A stretch of DNA of 64,000 bases from a virus (Duplodnaviria; Caudoviricetes). The stretch's first letter is position 1, and every line of letters begins with the position of its first letter. The notes beneath the pieces were generated by a model. It ran no database searches. It was not told where the DNA came from and worked only from the letters and a program-made list of their open reading frames with translations. This document shows positions 10,076 to 20,618 of this stretch, piece after piece. Where the stretch lies: IMG/VR virus record IMGVR_UViG_3300037418_002791, positions 1 through 64,000 of that record, one strand, 5' to 3'. A program made the translations under genes and the position numbers.

Positions 10076-11047
10076 ATGGCCTACAATTTGTGGGATTCCA
10101 TCTTCACTGGGAACGACACCCGTATTCGCAAGGCGCTGTACGGGTCGTTCCTCATCCGGGATTGGGACGGTGCGAACACCTCGCTGTCGTCCTATTCGCC
10201 TTTCGATCCGACCACCGGTAATCTGAGCACCACTCTGCTCACCACCGACGGCTGGACCGACCCCGGAATGATTTCGGAGAACGGCGTCCAGTTCAACCCG
10301 AAATATACGACCAACGAGACGATGGTTTGGCAGTCTCGTGTGGCCGCGCGTACCGACGTCACCCAGGACGAGGAAGAGTGCACGGTTTCGTTCATGGAGG
10401 GCACGCCCACCATCGACGAGCTGAACTACCAGCTTCCCCTGGGCTCGCTGCCGGCCATCGGCACCTCCGGCTTCGCGGTGGCCAAGCCGAACGTCCCGCA
10501 GATGCAGTACCGGCAGGTGCTCGCGCTCGGTGTCGACGGCTCGACCGGTGACAACGAGTACTTCGCGATCCTGTTCAGTCGGTGCTTGGTGACCAAGGTC
10601 GACAAGTTCGACTTCTCGGCCAAGGACGCGATTCAGGCGCAGTTGACCTTCTCGGCTTACCCCGACCCCTACAGCGGTTTCGCCGTCAAGCGCTTCCGTG
10701 AGGGTCCGGCGTGGCGGGCCGCGGGCGGCACCACCGCGACTCCGGGCACCGTCACCGCGACCGCTGTCGCCGGCGACAAGGCGCACTTGGTCTTCGCGGT
10801 GCCGGCCTCGACCAATGGGCCGTGGACCTACACCGTCTACGAGCGCACTCCGGCGACCAGCGGTACTCCGACCGCTCTGGGCGTGGGCGATGTGACCGTG
10901 ATCGGTACCTCCGGCGGCAACGTGACCCTCGAGGTCAACGGTCTGACCACCGGCGACACCTACGACTTCGCTGTGACCGCTACCGGTTCCAACGGCTCGG
11001 TGTCGGCGATGACCGCCTACTCCAGCTCGATCACCGCTATCGCCTGA
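10076..11047 (+). CDS. major tail protein with C-terminal fibronectin-III/Ig-like domain
   Basis: GWTDPGMISENGVQF, WQSRVAARTD; C-terminal VNGLTTGDTYDFAVTATGSNG Fn3 signature. Confidence 0.9.
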   Translation: MAYNLWDSIFTGNDTRIRKALYGSFLIRDWDGANTSLSSYSPFDPTTGNLSTTLLTTDGWTDPGMISENGVQFNPKYTTNETMVWQSRVAARTDVTQDEEECTVSFMEGTPTIDELNYQLPLGSLPAIGTSGFAVAKPNVPQMQYRQVLALGVDGSTGDNEYFAILFSRCLVTKVDKFDFSAKDAIQAQLTFSAYPDPYSGFAVKRFREGPAWRAAGGTTATPGTVTATAVAGDKAHLVFAVPASTNGPWTYTVYERTPATSGTPTALGVGDVTVIGTSGGNVTLEVNGLTTGDTYDFAVTATGSNGSVSAMTAYSSSITAIA

Positions 11048-11060
11048 TCGAGCCCTAGAC

Positions 11061-11097
11061 CCCGGTGGCGTGCTTATCGGCTGGGCACGCCACCGGG
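11061..11097 (+). terminator. stem-loop after major tail gene
   Basis: 13-bp perfect stem CCCGGTGGCGTGC / GCACGCCACCGGG. Confidence 0.55.
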
Positions 11098-11151
11098 ACT
11101 CACCTTCCAGCCGAGACAGCCGAAAACCCTTACAGCCGAGGAGCTTTACCA

Positions 11152-11595
11152 ATGGCAGCACGCAGCAAACCGGTCGACACCAACCGCTTCACTCTCGACG
11201 CCTTCGAGGCCGTCTTGGTCGAGGCGCTGGGCGAAAAGCCTGGTGTCACACTCGAACTCAAGGATGGGACCGAGGTCTACATCCCGCACCCGGCGACCGT
11301 CGATGACGAGCAGCTAAAGGCGATCGAGCGCGTCCAGAATCTTCGCGATCTCGACGAAGAGGAATACACCGACGACAACGGCGAGATCAAGACCCGCCGG
11401 ATCGAGAAGATCAACGGTGTGGACGCCGATCCGTTCGCGGTGCGTCTGGCGCGCGCGATCCTCGGGCCGGCCGATCACGCACGGTTCATCGCCGGCGGAG
11501 GCAAGTCCGCCATCGCGCTGCAGGCGTGGGACTGGCTGACCCGCAAGGACGAGGAAGAGGGGACCGGAGCGGAGGACCCAAAACCCTCGAAGTGA
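11152..11595 (+). CDS. tail assembly chaperone (gpG-like)
   Basis: ATG 11152 after GAGGAG; lies between major tail and tape measure. Confidence 0.85.
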   Translation: MAARSKPVDTNRFTLDAFEAVLVEALGEKPGVTLELKDGTEVYIPHPATVDDEQLKAIERVQNLRDLDEEEYTDDNGEIKTRRIEKINGVDADPFAVRLARAILGPADHARFIAGGGKSAIALQAWDWLTRKDEEEGTGAEDPKPSK

Positions 11596-12074
11596 TGGCG
11601 GTGGTGAGGGAATTCCCGACCGAAGTCGAGTCCGACCTCCAATGCCACTGCAACGGCACCGACATACGCGACTGGATCAGGTGGGTCTTCCGAGGCGAAG
11701 GCAACCTGACCAGTCGCCGTATGTGGGCGCTGATGCTTCACCTCCCCGACAAAGGCGCGGTGAAAACCGCTCTCCGCGAAGGTGATTGGGACGAGGAGCG
11801 CTACATCCTCGCTCGGATCGCCAACGAGATGATCTTCTCCCGCGCCGACTTCGCCAACGTGCACGGCGGCAAGTCCGACCCGGCGCCGCTGCTGTCTCCG
11901 AAGCAGGCGGCCGAAGACGAGGCCGAGAAACAGGCCGCGCGCGACGTGCGCTCGCTGATCCGCGCACAGATCCATGGCGAGTTCGTCGCACCCGCACAGC
12001 CGGGCCGCGAGTTCGTCGGCGAGGTCCAGCACAACAAGGCGATCACCAAGAACACCGTGGGGGGTGAAGTGTAG
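11577..12074 (+). CDS. tail assembly chaperone extension (gpGT-like) via -1 frameshift at C CCA AAA
   Basis: Slippery heptamer CCCAAAA at 11577-11583 in correct phase; -1 frame continues PKTLEVMAVVREF to 12074. Confidence 0.85.
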   Translation, partial: PKTLEVMAVVREFPTEVESDLQCHCNGTDIRDWIRWVFRGEGNLTSRRMWALMLHLPDKGAVKTALREGDWDEERYILARIANEMIFSRADFANVHGGKSDPAPLLSPKQAAEDEAEKQAARDVRSLIRAQIHGEFVAPAQPGREFVGEVQHNKAITKNTVGGEV

Positions 12075-15000
12075 TGAGCGGTTCCGGCGCGAAAGTCTTC
12101 CTGGACATTATGCCCAGGATGGGGGCGGGCGAACTCGACAAGGTTCTCAACCGTGTCTCGGGTCGCGTCGGAACCTTCTCGCAGGACATGAACAAGTCGC
12201 TGGGGTCCGGCATCGGAACCGCAGCGTCTTCCGCGATGGACCGCGAGGCCGCGCGCATCGACACCGCGATGAAGACGGCGCAGGCCAACGTCAGTCGCTC
12301 GCTCGAAGGCATCGCCAAGTCGCAGGACTCGCAGATCGTCAACCTCGCGAAATATCGTGCGGCGCAGCAGAACTACGCCGAGACGATCGCGGCCGGCTAC
12401 GAAACGTCATCCTCGCGCGGGATCAGCGCACTGGCCCGCCTCGAGTCGGCCGAGTTCCGTTACCAGGGCTCGCTGAAGGCCACCGAGACGGCCGCACGCG
12501 ATCACGCCGCGGCGATGGCTGCGATGAACGAAGCGCAGCGCGACCAGGCTGCGTTCCACGACGCGCAGGCCGCCTCTATGGGGCGGGTCGCCAAGGCGGC
12601 CACCACCGTGGTTGCCGGCGTAGGCATCGGCATGGCCGTGGCGATGGGCGAGGGCGCGAAGAAGGCGGCCGACCTCGATCAGCAACTCACGCTGCTGGTC
12701 ACCTCTGCGGGTGAGTCGACGAAGAACATCGGCGGCCTGCGTGACGGAATCCTGGACCTGCAGGCCAAATACGGTTACAGCGCAACCGATCTCGCGCAAG
12801 CACTGCGCACGGTCGAGCAGGCCGGCTACCACGGCTCCGACGCGCTGACCGTCCTGACCGGCGCGACCAAAGAGTCGGTGCTCGAGAACGCGAACCTCAA
12901 AGACGTCGCGGACTTGATGACGACCACGATGGCCGACTACGGCGACCAGCTCTCGGCCACCGGCGACGTGCAAGAGATGGTCAACAAGACCATGAGTACG
13001 CAGGTCGCGGCGATCTCTCAGTCGAAAGCCACCCTCGACGAGTACTCCAAGTCACTGGGCTCGGTCGAGGAGATCGCGCACAACACGCACCTGAACCTGT
13101 CGGATCTCAACGCCTCGTTCGCCGAGATGACGCAGCACGGCATCACGCCGCAGCAGACCACCGATTACCTGCGCGCGAACATCCGCTCTCTGAGCGGGCC
13201 CTCGCAGCAGCAGCTCTCGGAGTGGGGTCAGCTCGGCCTCAGCAAGCAGCAGGTGCAGGACAGCCTCAGCAAGCAGGGCATCGCGGCCACCGACGAGATG
13301 ATCTCGCAGTCGATCCTGCAGCGGATGTCATCTCAGGGGCCCGATGGGCGCCTGCTGCTCAACGCCTTCAACACCTCGAAGGATCAGCGCGAATCCGCGG
13401 ACGTGATGTTGTCGGCGATGGCGACGCGCAGTCCCGAATCTGCCGCTATCGCACAGCGATTCATGACGGCCGAGAGTGTGGCCGCCGCCAATCCCGACGT
13501 GGGCGCCAGCGCCGCGGCGACCTCGGGAGCACAAGAGACTTTCGCGAAAGACGTTCGCGGACTGCCCCTCGACGAGCAGGCGATGCTCAAACAGTGGGCG
13601 ACGACCTACATGAAGTCCCAAGGCTTCAACGACATGCTGCGCCAGGGCAAAGGCTCGTCGCAGACCTACATCGAGGCCATGAACCGCGCGATGGGTACGC
13701 AGGAGGCGTCCCAGACCGCACAGAACCTCACCGGCGCCAACTACGGAGGCGTGCTCGATCGCCAAGGCAAGATCGACAAAGGCGTCGACATCGACAAAGA
13801 GGTCACCGAGCAGCAGGACAACCTCAAGGCCAAGACCCGCGATCTCACCGGCGCATTCAACTCGCTGGAGACCAAACTCGGCGAGGCGACACAGGGCCCG
13901 CTGAAGTCGTTCGTCGATGAGCTGACCAAGGCCGTCAAGTGGCTGACTGATCACCAGAACGTGATGCAGGGCCTTATTCTCGCGGCCGGCGGCGCTGCTG
14001 CGGCACTGCTGGCCATCAAGACCATCAATATGGTCGGCGGCCTGTTCGGTCGCTCGACCCTCGCCGGAGACATCATCGCCGGCACCGCGCGCAAGGGCAA
14101 GCAGGGCGTCCAGAAGGCCGCCAGTGCGCTCGGCAAGGGCGGGGCGGTTGCCGCCAACTACGTCGGCTCGTACTCCGAGGAAGTCGCGGCCGTAGCCCAA
14201 GGCGCACGCGAGGGCGTCGCCTCGGGACTGGCCTCGATGAAGGCCGGCGCGCTCTCGGGGCTGTCGACGGCGAAAGACGTTGCCACCAATCCCGGATTCG
14301 CCACGGATGCCGCTCGGGCGAAGGCGAAGCAGACCGGCAACGCGGCCGTGGACAAGGCCGGCCAGATGATCTATGTCCCCGGCGCGCTGGGGTCCAAGGC
14401 CGCCGATTTCAGTGATCGAGTTGGCCTGACTGCAGCGGGTATGGCCGCGAGCGAGAAGGCGTCGAAAGCCGGCGGGAAGCTACGGGGCCTCACCGGCAAA
14501 CTGAAGGGCGCCGGCGGCAGGCTCGGCGGTATCGGCATGGGCATCGCCGCGGCCGGTTTGCCGATCGCGATGATCGCCGGTTCCGGGAAGGCCAACGCTG
14601 ACGACGGCTCCGGGGGCGGAGACAACGGCATCGATTGGCAGTCCTACGCCCTCGATGCGGCGATGATCGCCCCGGCGGTGCCCGGTGTGTTCGGCGCGGC
14701 GAAATCCGTTGGCAAGGGCGCTGTTTCGGTCGCCAAGAAAATCCCCGGGGCGGCCTTGAAGGCTGTGAGCGTCGTGGGGGACGTGGCCTCGACGGTCGGC
14801 GACTTCGGTGCTGGCGCGGCAACCAAGGCCGTCTCCGCGATCGGCGCTGCCGGCAAGGCGGTCAAGGACTTTCAGGTCGGCGCGAAGCTCGCCCAGACCG
14901 CGACAAAGGCGTGGGAGGTCGCGCAGGTCGCGCTCGACGTCGTACTGAATGCCAACCCGATCGGGCTGGTCGTGGCGGCCATCGCGGCATTGGTCGCGGG

Positions 15001-18000
15001 CGTTATCTACGCCTACACGCATTTCCAGTGGTTCCGCGACATCGTGAACGATGTCTGGGGCTGGATCAAGAAATTCGCGGCGTGGATCGCCGACGAATTC
15101 ATGAAGACCTGGAACAACGCGCTGAACGACCTGAAGGCGATCTGGTCGTTTATCTACGACAAGATCTTCAAATTCTATATCGATCAGGTCAAGACGTATC
15201 TGACCGATTTCATCGGCTACTTCAAGAACGTCGGCAAGGGCATCGGCGACGTCCTTTCCGGAATCAAGGATTTGTTCTCCGGCAACACCGAGGGCATCAA
15301 AAAGATCTGGGACGGCCTCAAGGAAATCGCCGCCGCGCCAGTGAAGTTCGTGATCGATACCGTCTACAACGACGGCATCGTGAAGCTGTGGAACGGTGTG
15401 GCGAGCGTATTCCACCTCGATTCCATGAAGCTGACTCCGATTAATTTCGGTGCCTCCGGTGGTGGTATTGCACCAGACTGCAGTGGTGTTGTCAACGCGG
15501 CCGGCGGAACCGTTCTTCCGGGATACACGCCGGGGCGCGACTCGATTCCCGCGATGCTTTCCCCGGGCGAGGGTGTGGCCGTTCCGGAATTGGTTCAGGC
15601 CATCGGTCCGGGCAATTTCATGGCGCTCAATCGCAAATTCTCGCGGGGCCGTCCGTCGGCGAACGAGAAGGCGGGTCTGCCCATTCCGCACGCCGAGGGC
15701 GGCGGCATCTTCGGCGATATCGGCGGCGCGATCGGCAAGATCGGTGGAGCGGTCGGTCACGGACTGTCCGACGCCTGGGACTTCGCCAAGGACGCGGGCA
15801 AGATCCTCTCCGACCCGATCGGGTACATCAAGAAGGCTTTCGAGGCAATCACCAAGAAGGCCACCGACTTTGGCGATTCGTCCGAGTGGGCGCACGCGCT
15901 GATCACGTTCCCGCACTCGGTGATGGACGCGGTGGTCGACTGGGTGAAGGCGCACGTCGGTCTCGGCGGCAGTGGCCGGCCCGGCGACACTCCGGTGACC
16001 GTCGGCGCCAGCGCGGAACAGTGGCGGCCTCTGGCGATGCAGGCACTCGCGGACGAGGGCTACACCCCGCCCGAGGCGTACATCGACGCGATGATCGCCC
16101 AGATCCAGACCGAATCGTCGGGTAACCCCAACGTCTACCAGCAGGTCCAGGACGTCAACTCGGGCGGCAACGAAGCCGCGGGCCTGCTGCAGGTCATTCC
16201 GTCGACCTTCGAGGCGTACCGCGACCCGAAAGACCCGGACAACCGCCTGGACCCCAAGGCCAACATGGATGCCGCCCTGCGGTACATGCGCGGACGCTAC
16301 GACGGCGATATCAACGGCGTCTGGGGTCACGGCCACGGTTACGCCGGCGGTGGTATCGCTCCGGGCGGTGTCCATCAGCCGAAGTCGGGCGCCGACAAAG
16401 ACTCCGGCGACATCTACACCCCGTCGACCCCGAAGGCCAAGAAGCAGAAGAAGCAGGCCGACGACACCGCGATCAAGCGGGCGTGGGCCTGGATTCAGTC
16501 GGTCGCCGGCCGCCCGTACAACTACGGCACGGACCTCGACTGCTCCGGATTCCTGTCCGGCGTCTACGACTCGCTGCTGGATCACCCGATCGGCCGCGCG
16601 TTCACCACGGTCAGCGACTTCGCCTCGCTCGGCTTCAAAAAGGGCATGGGCGGGATCTTCTCGATCGGCGTCAACCCGAAGCCTGATCAGGCCGGCCACA
16701 TGGCAGGTCTGTTCAACGGGCACCGCATCGAGTCCGCCGCCGGCAAGGGTATCGCGGTCGACGGTGCGGCCATCGGGCCCGACGACCCGATGTTCTCCGA
16801 CCACTGGTTCCTGCCCGGGTCGATGTTCGTCCCTGCCTACACAGGCAAGGGCGCGAACTCCAACTCGGCCGAAGGCAAGATGGACAACGCCGCGAGTGCG
16901 GCATCGGAGAAGGCGCAGAAGAAGCGCGATTCAGCCAACCACTACAACGAGCTGGTTCAGAAAGAGCACGACCAGGCCGGCAAGTATCAGCAGAAGATCG
17001 ACGACTATCAGGCGAAGCTGGATAACGCCCAGGCGCATCTGAACCTCGCGATCACCGCGGCCGACAAGGCGAGCTGGACCAAGAAGGTTCAGACGTATCA
17101 GCGGGAGCTGGACAACGCGCGGACCGGTCAGCAGAAGGCCAATCAGCGCGCTGAGCAGTACCAGCAGAAGGCGGACAAGGCCAATTCCGACGCCGCCGAC
17201 ATGGACACCAAGGCGAAGACCTACAGCGACCGCGCCAAGGCCGGTCAGTTCGGCGAGAACGGCGACGGAACAAAGACCGGCAACGGCCAGAACGGCGATC
17301 AGCAGCAGCCCCACCTGATGACCCCGGTCGAGTTCGGGCAGCAGCTCGGCGGGCTGGCGGTGTCCGGCCTGCTCGAGACGTTCGGTCTGAACAACACGGT
17401 GTTCGCCGATCCGAACCAGTCGCCGATCTTCAAGGTCGCCAACGCCGCGATGCAGGCGAAATACGTTGGCCCGCAGAACATGCTGGACCAGCAGGCGCCC
17501 AAGGACGACAACAATTCGGGCAACGAGGATTCCGGCAGCGACACGTTCACCGTCTCGCCGGATTCCTACACCGACAACATGCCCTCGCCGTCGGACTACG
17601 GTACGCAGCCCACGCCCGAGGATGACGACGATTCCTCTCCGTCGATCTCTCCCGACACCTATGCCGGCGACGACATGGGTCAGGCGGAGGCCGACATCAA
17701 CAACGGAGTCGTACCCAACGGCGCCGGGATCGCTGCCGGTCAGCGGGTTGAGAGCCGCGCGCAGGCGCAATCGCTGATGGACGCGCTGAAGAGCAAGCCC
17801 ACCCACGATCAGGGCGGCTTCCTCAAAGAGGGTCTGCAGCTGGTCAACAACCTCACCGGCCGGCCCGAGCCTGTGCTCACGCCCACCGAGGGAGACAACC
17901 TCAAGGCGCTGGCCTCGGGCGGCACCGGCGACGACATGGCGCGGGCCTTGGTGCACATCGGCAGCCAAACGATCCACAACGGCGACTACCAGAAGGCCGC

Positions 18001-18049
18001 CAAGGAGGTCGTGCGCGAAATGAACCGATACCGGAAGAACGGCCGCTGA
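12074..18049 (+). CDS. tape measure protein with lytic transglycosylase and NlpC/P60-like domains
   Basis: 1991 aa Ala-rich; NANPIGLVVAAIAALVAG; QTESSGN..AAGLLQVIPSTF..AALRY; YNYGTDLDCSG..GHMAG. Confidence 0.95.
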   Translation: MSGSGAKVFLDIMPRMGAGELDKVLNRVSGRVGTFSQDMNKSLGSGIGTAASSAMDREAARIDTAMKTAQANVSRSLEGIAKSQDSQIVNLAKYRAAQQNYAETIAAGYETSSSRGISALARLESAEFRYQGSLKATETAARDHAAAMAAMNEAQRDQAAFHDAQAASMGRVAKAATTVVAGVGIGMAVAMGEGAKKAADLDQQLTLLVTSAGESTKNIGGLRDGILDLQAKYGYSATDLAQALRTVEQAGYHGSDALTVLTGATKESVLENANLKDVADLMTTTMADYGDQLSATGDVQEMVNKTMSTQVAAISQSKATLDEYSKSLGSVEEIAHNTHLNLSDLNASFAEMTQHGITPQQTTDYLRANIRSLSGPSQQQLSEWGQLGLSKQQVQDSLSKQGIAATDEMISQSILQRMSSQGPDGRLLLNAFNTSKDQRESADVMLSAMATRSPESAAIAQRFMTAESVAAANPDVGASAAATSGAQETFAKDVRGLPLDEQAMLKQWATTYMKSQGFNDMLRQGKGSSQTYIEAMNRAMGTQEASQTAQNLTGANYGGVLDRQGKIDKGVDIDKEVTEQQDNLKAKTRDLTGAFNSLETKLGEATQGPLKSFVDELTKAVKWLTDHQNVMQGLILAAGGAAAALLAIKTINMVGGLFGRSTLAGDIIAGTARKGKQGVQKAASALGKGGAVAANYVGSYSEEVAAVAQGAREGVASGLASMKAGALSGLSTAKDVATNPGFATDAARAKAKQTGNAAVDKAGQMIYVPGALGSKAADFSDRVGLTAAGMAASEKASKAGGKLRGLTGKLKGAGGRLGGIGMGIAAAGLPIAMIAGSGKANADDGSGGGDNGIDWQSYALDAAMIAPAVPGVFGAAKSVGKGAVSVAKKIPGAALKAVSVVGDVASTVGDFGAGAATKAVSAIGAAGKAVKDFQVGAKLAQTATKAWEVAQVALDVVLNANPIGLVVAAIAALVAGVIYAYTHFQWFRDIVNDVWGWIKKFAAWIADEFMKTWNNALNDLKAIWSFIYDKIFKFYIDQVKTYLTDFIGYFKNVGKGIGDVLSGIKDLFSGNTEGIKKIWDGLKEIAAAPVKFVIDTVYNDGIVKLWNGVASVFHLDSMKLTPINFGASGGGIAPDCSGVVNAAGGTVLPGYTPGRDSIPAMLSPGEGVAVPELVQAIGPGNFMALNRKFSRGRPSANEKAGLPIPHAEGGGIFGDIGGAIGKIGGAVGHGLSDAWDFAKDAGKILSDPIGYIKKAFEAITKKATDFGDSSEWAHALITFPHSVMDAVVDWVKAHVGLGGSGRPGDTPVTVGASAEQWRPLAMQALADEGYTPPEAYIDAMIAQIQTESSGNPNVYQQVQDVNSGGNEAAGLLQVIPSTFEAYRDPKDPDNRLDPKANMDAALRYMRGRYDGDINGVWGHGHGYAGGGIAPGGVHQPKSGADKDSGDIYTPSTPKAKKQKKQADDTAIKRAWAWIQSVAGRPYNYGTDLDCSGFLSGVYDSLLDHPIGRAFTTVSDFASLGFKKGMGGIFSIGVNPKPDQAGHMAGLFNGHRIESAAGKGIAVDGAAIGPDDPMFSDHWFLPGSMFVPAYTGKGANSNSAEGKMDNAASAASEKAQKKRDSANHYNELVQKEHDQAGKYQQKIDDYQAKLDNAQAHLNLAITAADKASWTKKVQTYQRELDNARTGQQKANQRAEQYQQKADKANSDAADMDTKAKTYSDRAKAGQFGENGDGTKTGNGQNGDQQQPHLMTPVEFGQQLGGLAVSGLLETFGLNNTVFADPNQSPIFKVANAAMQAKYVGPQNMLDQQAPKDDNNSGNEDSGSDTFTVSPDSYTDNMPSPSDYGTQPTPEDDDDSSPSISPDTYAGDDMGQAEADINNGVVPNGAGIAAGQRVESRAQAQSLMDALKSKPTHDQGGFLKEGLQLVNNLTGRPEPVLTPTEGDNLKALASGGTGDDMARALVHIGSQTIHNGDYQKAAKEVVREMNRYRKNGR

Positions 18050-18978
18050 TGGGGTGGAACTTCACCCCGGCGGTCACCCCCACGCCGATGGCCGTGAATT
18101 CCCTTCTGGGAGAAGACCTCACGGTCATCACCTGGGTCGGCTGGGATGGCTCACGGTGGCCGCTGTCGGGCGGTGTCGCCCCGGTGCCTGGTGCACAGGA
18201 CGGCGCGTATCTGGTCGACATCAAGGGCTTGATGGCGCCGATCAAGCATCTCGACCAGGCGGGTGCGCGCCAAGACGGCGCTACCTGGGTGGACGCGCTG
18301 TACGACGTCGGCGAACTCGACATGACCGTCGATGTGACCGGGCGTGATCCGGCGTCGTTCCGGCGCTCGATGCGCGGGTTCGTCGATTCCTGGTCGATCC
18401 GCTCTACCGGCCGCCTGGTGTGGTTCACCTCGCAGTCGGGGGAGTGGTGGTTGGACTGCCGGCTGGGCAAAGAGTTCGGCGACGTCCTGAAGAACGCGCC
18501 GGCGATGATGAACCACCAGCAGATCTCGGTGGTCGCCCGCTACGACTTCCCGCTGTGGGCGTCGTTCGACTCCACCTCCGAGCAGATGGCCACCAGCGCA
18601 ACGGTTCTCGTCGATCCGAACGGCCTCACCGCGCCGGGATTCCTGCCGCTGTGGAACCGGGGATCTGAGCCGGGATGGCCGCGGTATCTGGTGCAGGGCC
18701 CGGGCACATTCACGATCGGCAACAACGGTGGTGACGGATATGTCACCTTCGGCCCGCTCACCTTCGGTCAGCAAGCGCTGATCACCACGCTGCCCGGTCA
18801 CCGCACCATCAAAGACCTTGCCACGGGGGTGAACTTGTACGACCTGCTCACCAACCGTTTCTCTGCCTCGGTCGCCCCGGGCGCCCAGGCGCATATCCCG
18901 GTATCTGTCACCGGCGCGCAGGCCGGCGTCACCGCGATCTTCGGTTCGTTGACTCCGTACCGGAAGTGGCCTGAGTGA
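18049..18978 (+). CDS. minor tail protein (distal tail-like)
   Basis: First gene after tape measure; WNRGSEPGWPRYLVQGPG pattern. Confidence 0.8.
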   Translation: MGWNFTPAVTPTPMAVNSLLGEDLTVITWVGWDGSRWPLSGGVAPVPGAQDGAYLVDIKGLMAPIKHLDQAGARQDGATWVDALYDVGELDMTVDVTGRDPASFRRSMRGFVDSWSIRSTGRLVWFTSQSGEWWLDCRLGKEFGDVLKNAPAMMNHQQISVVARYDFPLWASFDSTSEQMATSATVLVDPNGLTAPGFLPLWNRGSEPGWPRYLVQGPGTFTIGNNGGDGYVTFGPLTFGQQALITTLPGHRTIKDLATGVNLYDLLTNRFSASVAPGAQAHIPVSVTGAQAGVTAIFGSLTPYRKWPE

Positions 18979-20609
18979 CTGCAGGATTCGATCTTTCGCA
19001 GATCGATCCGCGCCTGGCGTTTCAGGCGGCCGACATCATCGCCAACGGGAATCTTCCCGAGCGCGTGGGCGATGGCAAACCGCAGTTCCTCATCGAGGTC
19101 TACGACAAGGTGTACAACGTCGTCGGGGAGATCGACGACTATATCTCGGCCACGGTCAACTTCCAGCTGAACGGCCTCGGCACGGCCACGATCGTCATGA
19201 AGGGCGACGATCCGCTGTGGGAAACCGTAATGGCTTGCGGCACAACGGTTGTCCCTATCACGATCTGGGTCAACAACAAGCGGTGGTCGGGGCGGATCGA
19301 TACGGCCGACGATGCGCGGGTCGATGGCGTAGACACCATCACTTTACAGTGTATAAGCGACTACGCCTGGTTCCAGAAAATCTGCGTGTGGCCAAACCCG
19401 TTCCTGCCCTTGGAAATCCAGGTGCCCAAAGAGGCGATCTACATCGGTCCCGCCTGCTCGGTGATCGCCACCATGATCACCGAGAACGCGATTCGATTGC
19501 AGGCCGGTTTCTGGGAGTGGCTGAACAACATCATCGACCCGCAAGCCTGGTTCGCCACCGCGATCGAAGGCCGCGGGCTGCTGACGCCGATTGCCGTTGT
19601 GCCCGTGGACCTTTTGCACGACCAGTCCAAGTGGGTCGCCATCACCTCGCAGATGGCATCGCTCGACACCCTGATCGATCAGATCACCAAGGACCAGGGC
19701 ATCTCGGTCAGCGCGGAGCTGTGGCTGCCCGGCGAACCGCAACCGACCACGGCATTCACCCTGACCATTCCCACGATCGTGGTGAGAGTTGAGGACCGCT
19801 CCGGTATCACCGGGCCGACCGGCACCCTGGTCGACGGCGTGATTCGTGAGGTCGTCGACATCGCCGACGGCGCGTTCGGCGAGACGATCCAGCCGTTCAC
19901 CGATTCCGAATTCGCCCCTCCCGGTGTGGATCTCGCGCCGATCTTCGGATTCCACTGGAAGCGGCCGTGGCTGCTGCTGACCGATCACCCGCGCTCGGGC
20001 GTCAAAGAGTTTCACACGATGGGCCACCACACCCAGGCGCACACCGTCATCTCCGGAGGACGATCGCCAACCTGGGTGAACAAGCTGATCGATCTCATCT
20101 TGGAGTTCGCGCTCTCGGAGATTCTGCTTGCGATCGGCGTGGTCGGAATCGCAAACACGTTGCTGGACGGAGTATTCGACAACATCATCCTCGCCTACCA
20201 GGAGATCGAGAACGCGCCCCGGCGCTTCGCCAACGGGCCCTACTGCTTCCCGGAGATCTTCGTCTCGGCCGGCTCTACCGCCTGGACCCTGAGCGAATTT
20301 TTCAACCTGTTCAACGGCATGTGGGACTCGCGCGGTTTCTACTCGTGGGAACTCATTTTCTACGACGGGGTGCCCTACAGCTTCGGATACGACTTCGATC
20401 TTGGTGATCTGGTCAGCTGGCTTCGCCGATCCAAGCTCTACACCGATTACGTCCTCGCCGTCCAGGCGACCGATGACCGCAACAAGCGCGTCGAAGTGAC
20501 CGTCCAGGTCGGCGACAACAAGAGCCGCGAATCTCCGTGGGCCTCACTGCAGCGCAACCTATCTGGCCTTCAGGCCGCCATGCAAGCCGCCCTCTTGGCG
20601 CAGAACTAG
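18975..20609 (+). CDS. minor tail protein (baseplate hub-like)
   Basis: EVYDK..GEIDDY, WSGRID, ICVWPNPFLPLEIQVPK, GYDFDLGD patterns of actinophage minor tail proteins. Confidence 0.85.
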   Translation: MTAGFDLSQIDPRLAFQAADIIANGNLPERVGDGKPQFLIEVYDKVYNVVGEIDDYISATVNFQLNGLGTATIVMKGDDPLWETVMACGTTVVPITIWVNNKRWSGRIDTADDARVDGVDTITLQCISDYAWFQKICVWPNPFLPLEIQVPKEAIYIGPACSVIATMITENAIRLQAGFWEWLNNIIDPQAWFATAIEGRGLLTPIAVVPVDLLHDQSKWVAITSQMASLDTLIDQITKDQGISVSAELWLPGEPQPTTAFTLTIPTIVVRVEDRSGITGPTGTLVDGVIREVVDIADGAFGETIQPFTDSEFAPPGVDLAPIFGFHWKRPWLLLTDHPRSGVKEFHTMGHHTQAHTVISGGRSPTWVNKLIDLILEFALSEILLAIGVVGIANTLLDGVFDNIILAYQEIENAPRRFANGPYCFPEIFVSAGSTAWTLSEFFNLFNGMWDSRGFYSWELIFYDGVPYSFGYDFDLGDLVSWLRRSKLYTDYVLAVQATDDRNKRVEVTVQVGDNKSRESPWASLQRNLSGLQAAMQAALLAQN

Positions 20610-20618
20610 AGGTGATCA

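Noticed and set aside
1353-16804. Long antisense ORFs (1353..2975, 3388..6069, 6003..7346, 14480..16804; also 59323..60963)
   Set aside because: Shadow frames of well-supported plus-strand genes in high-GC DNA; Arg/Gly-rich with no motifs
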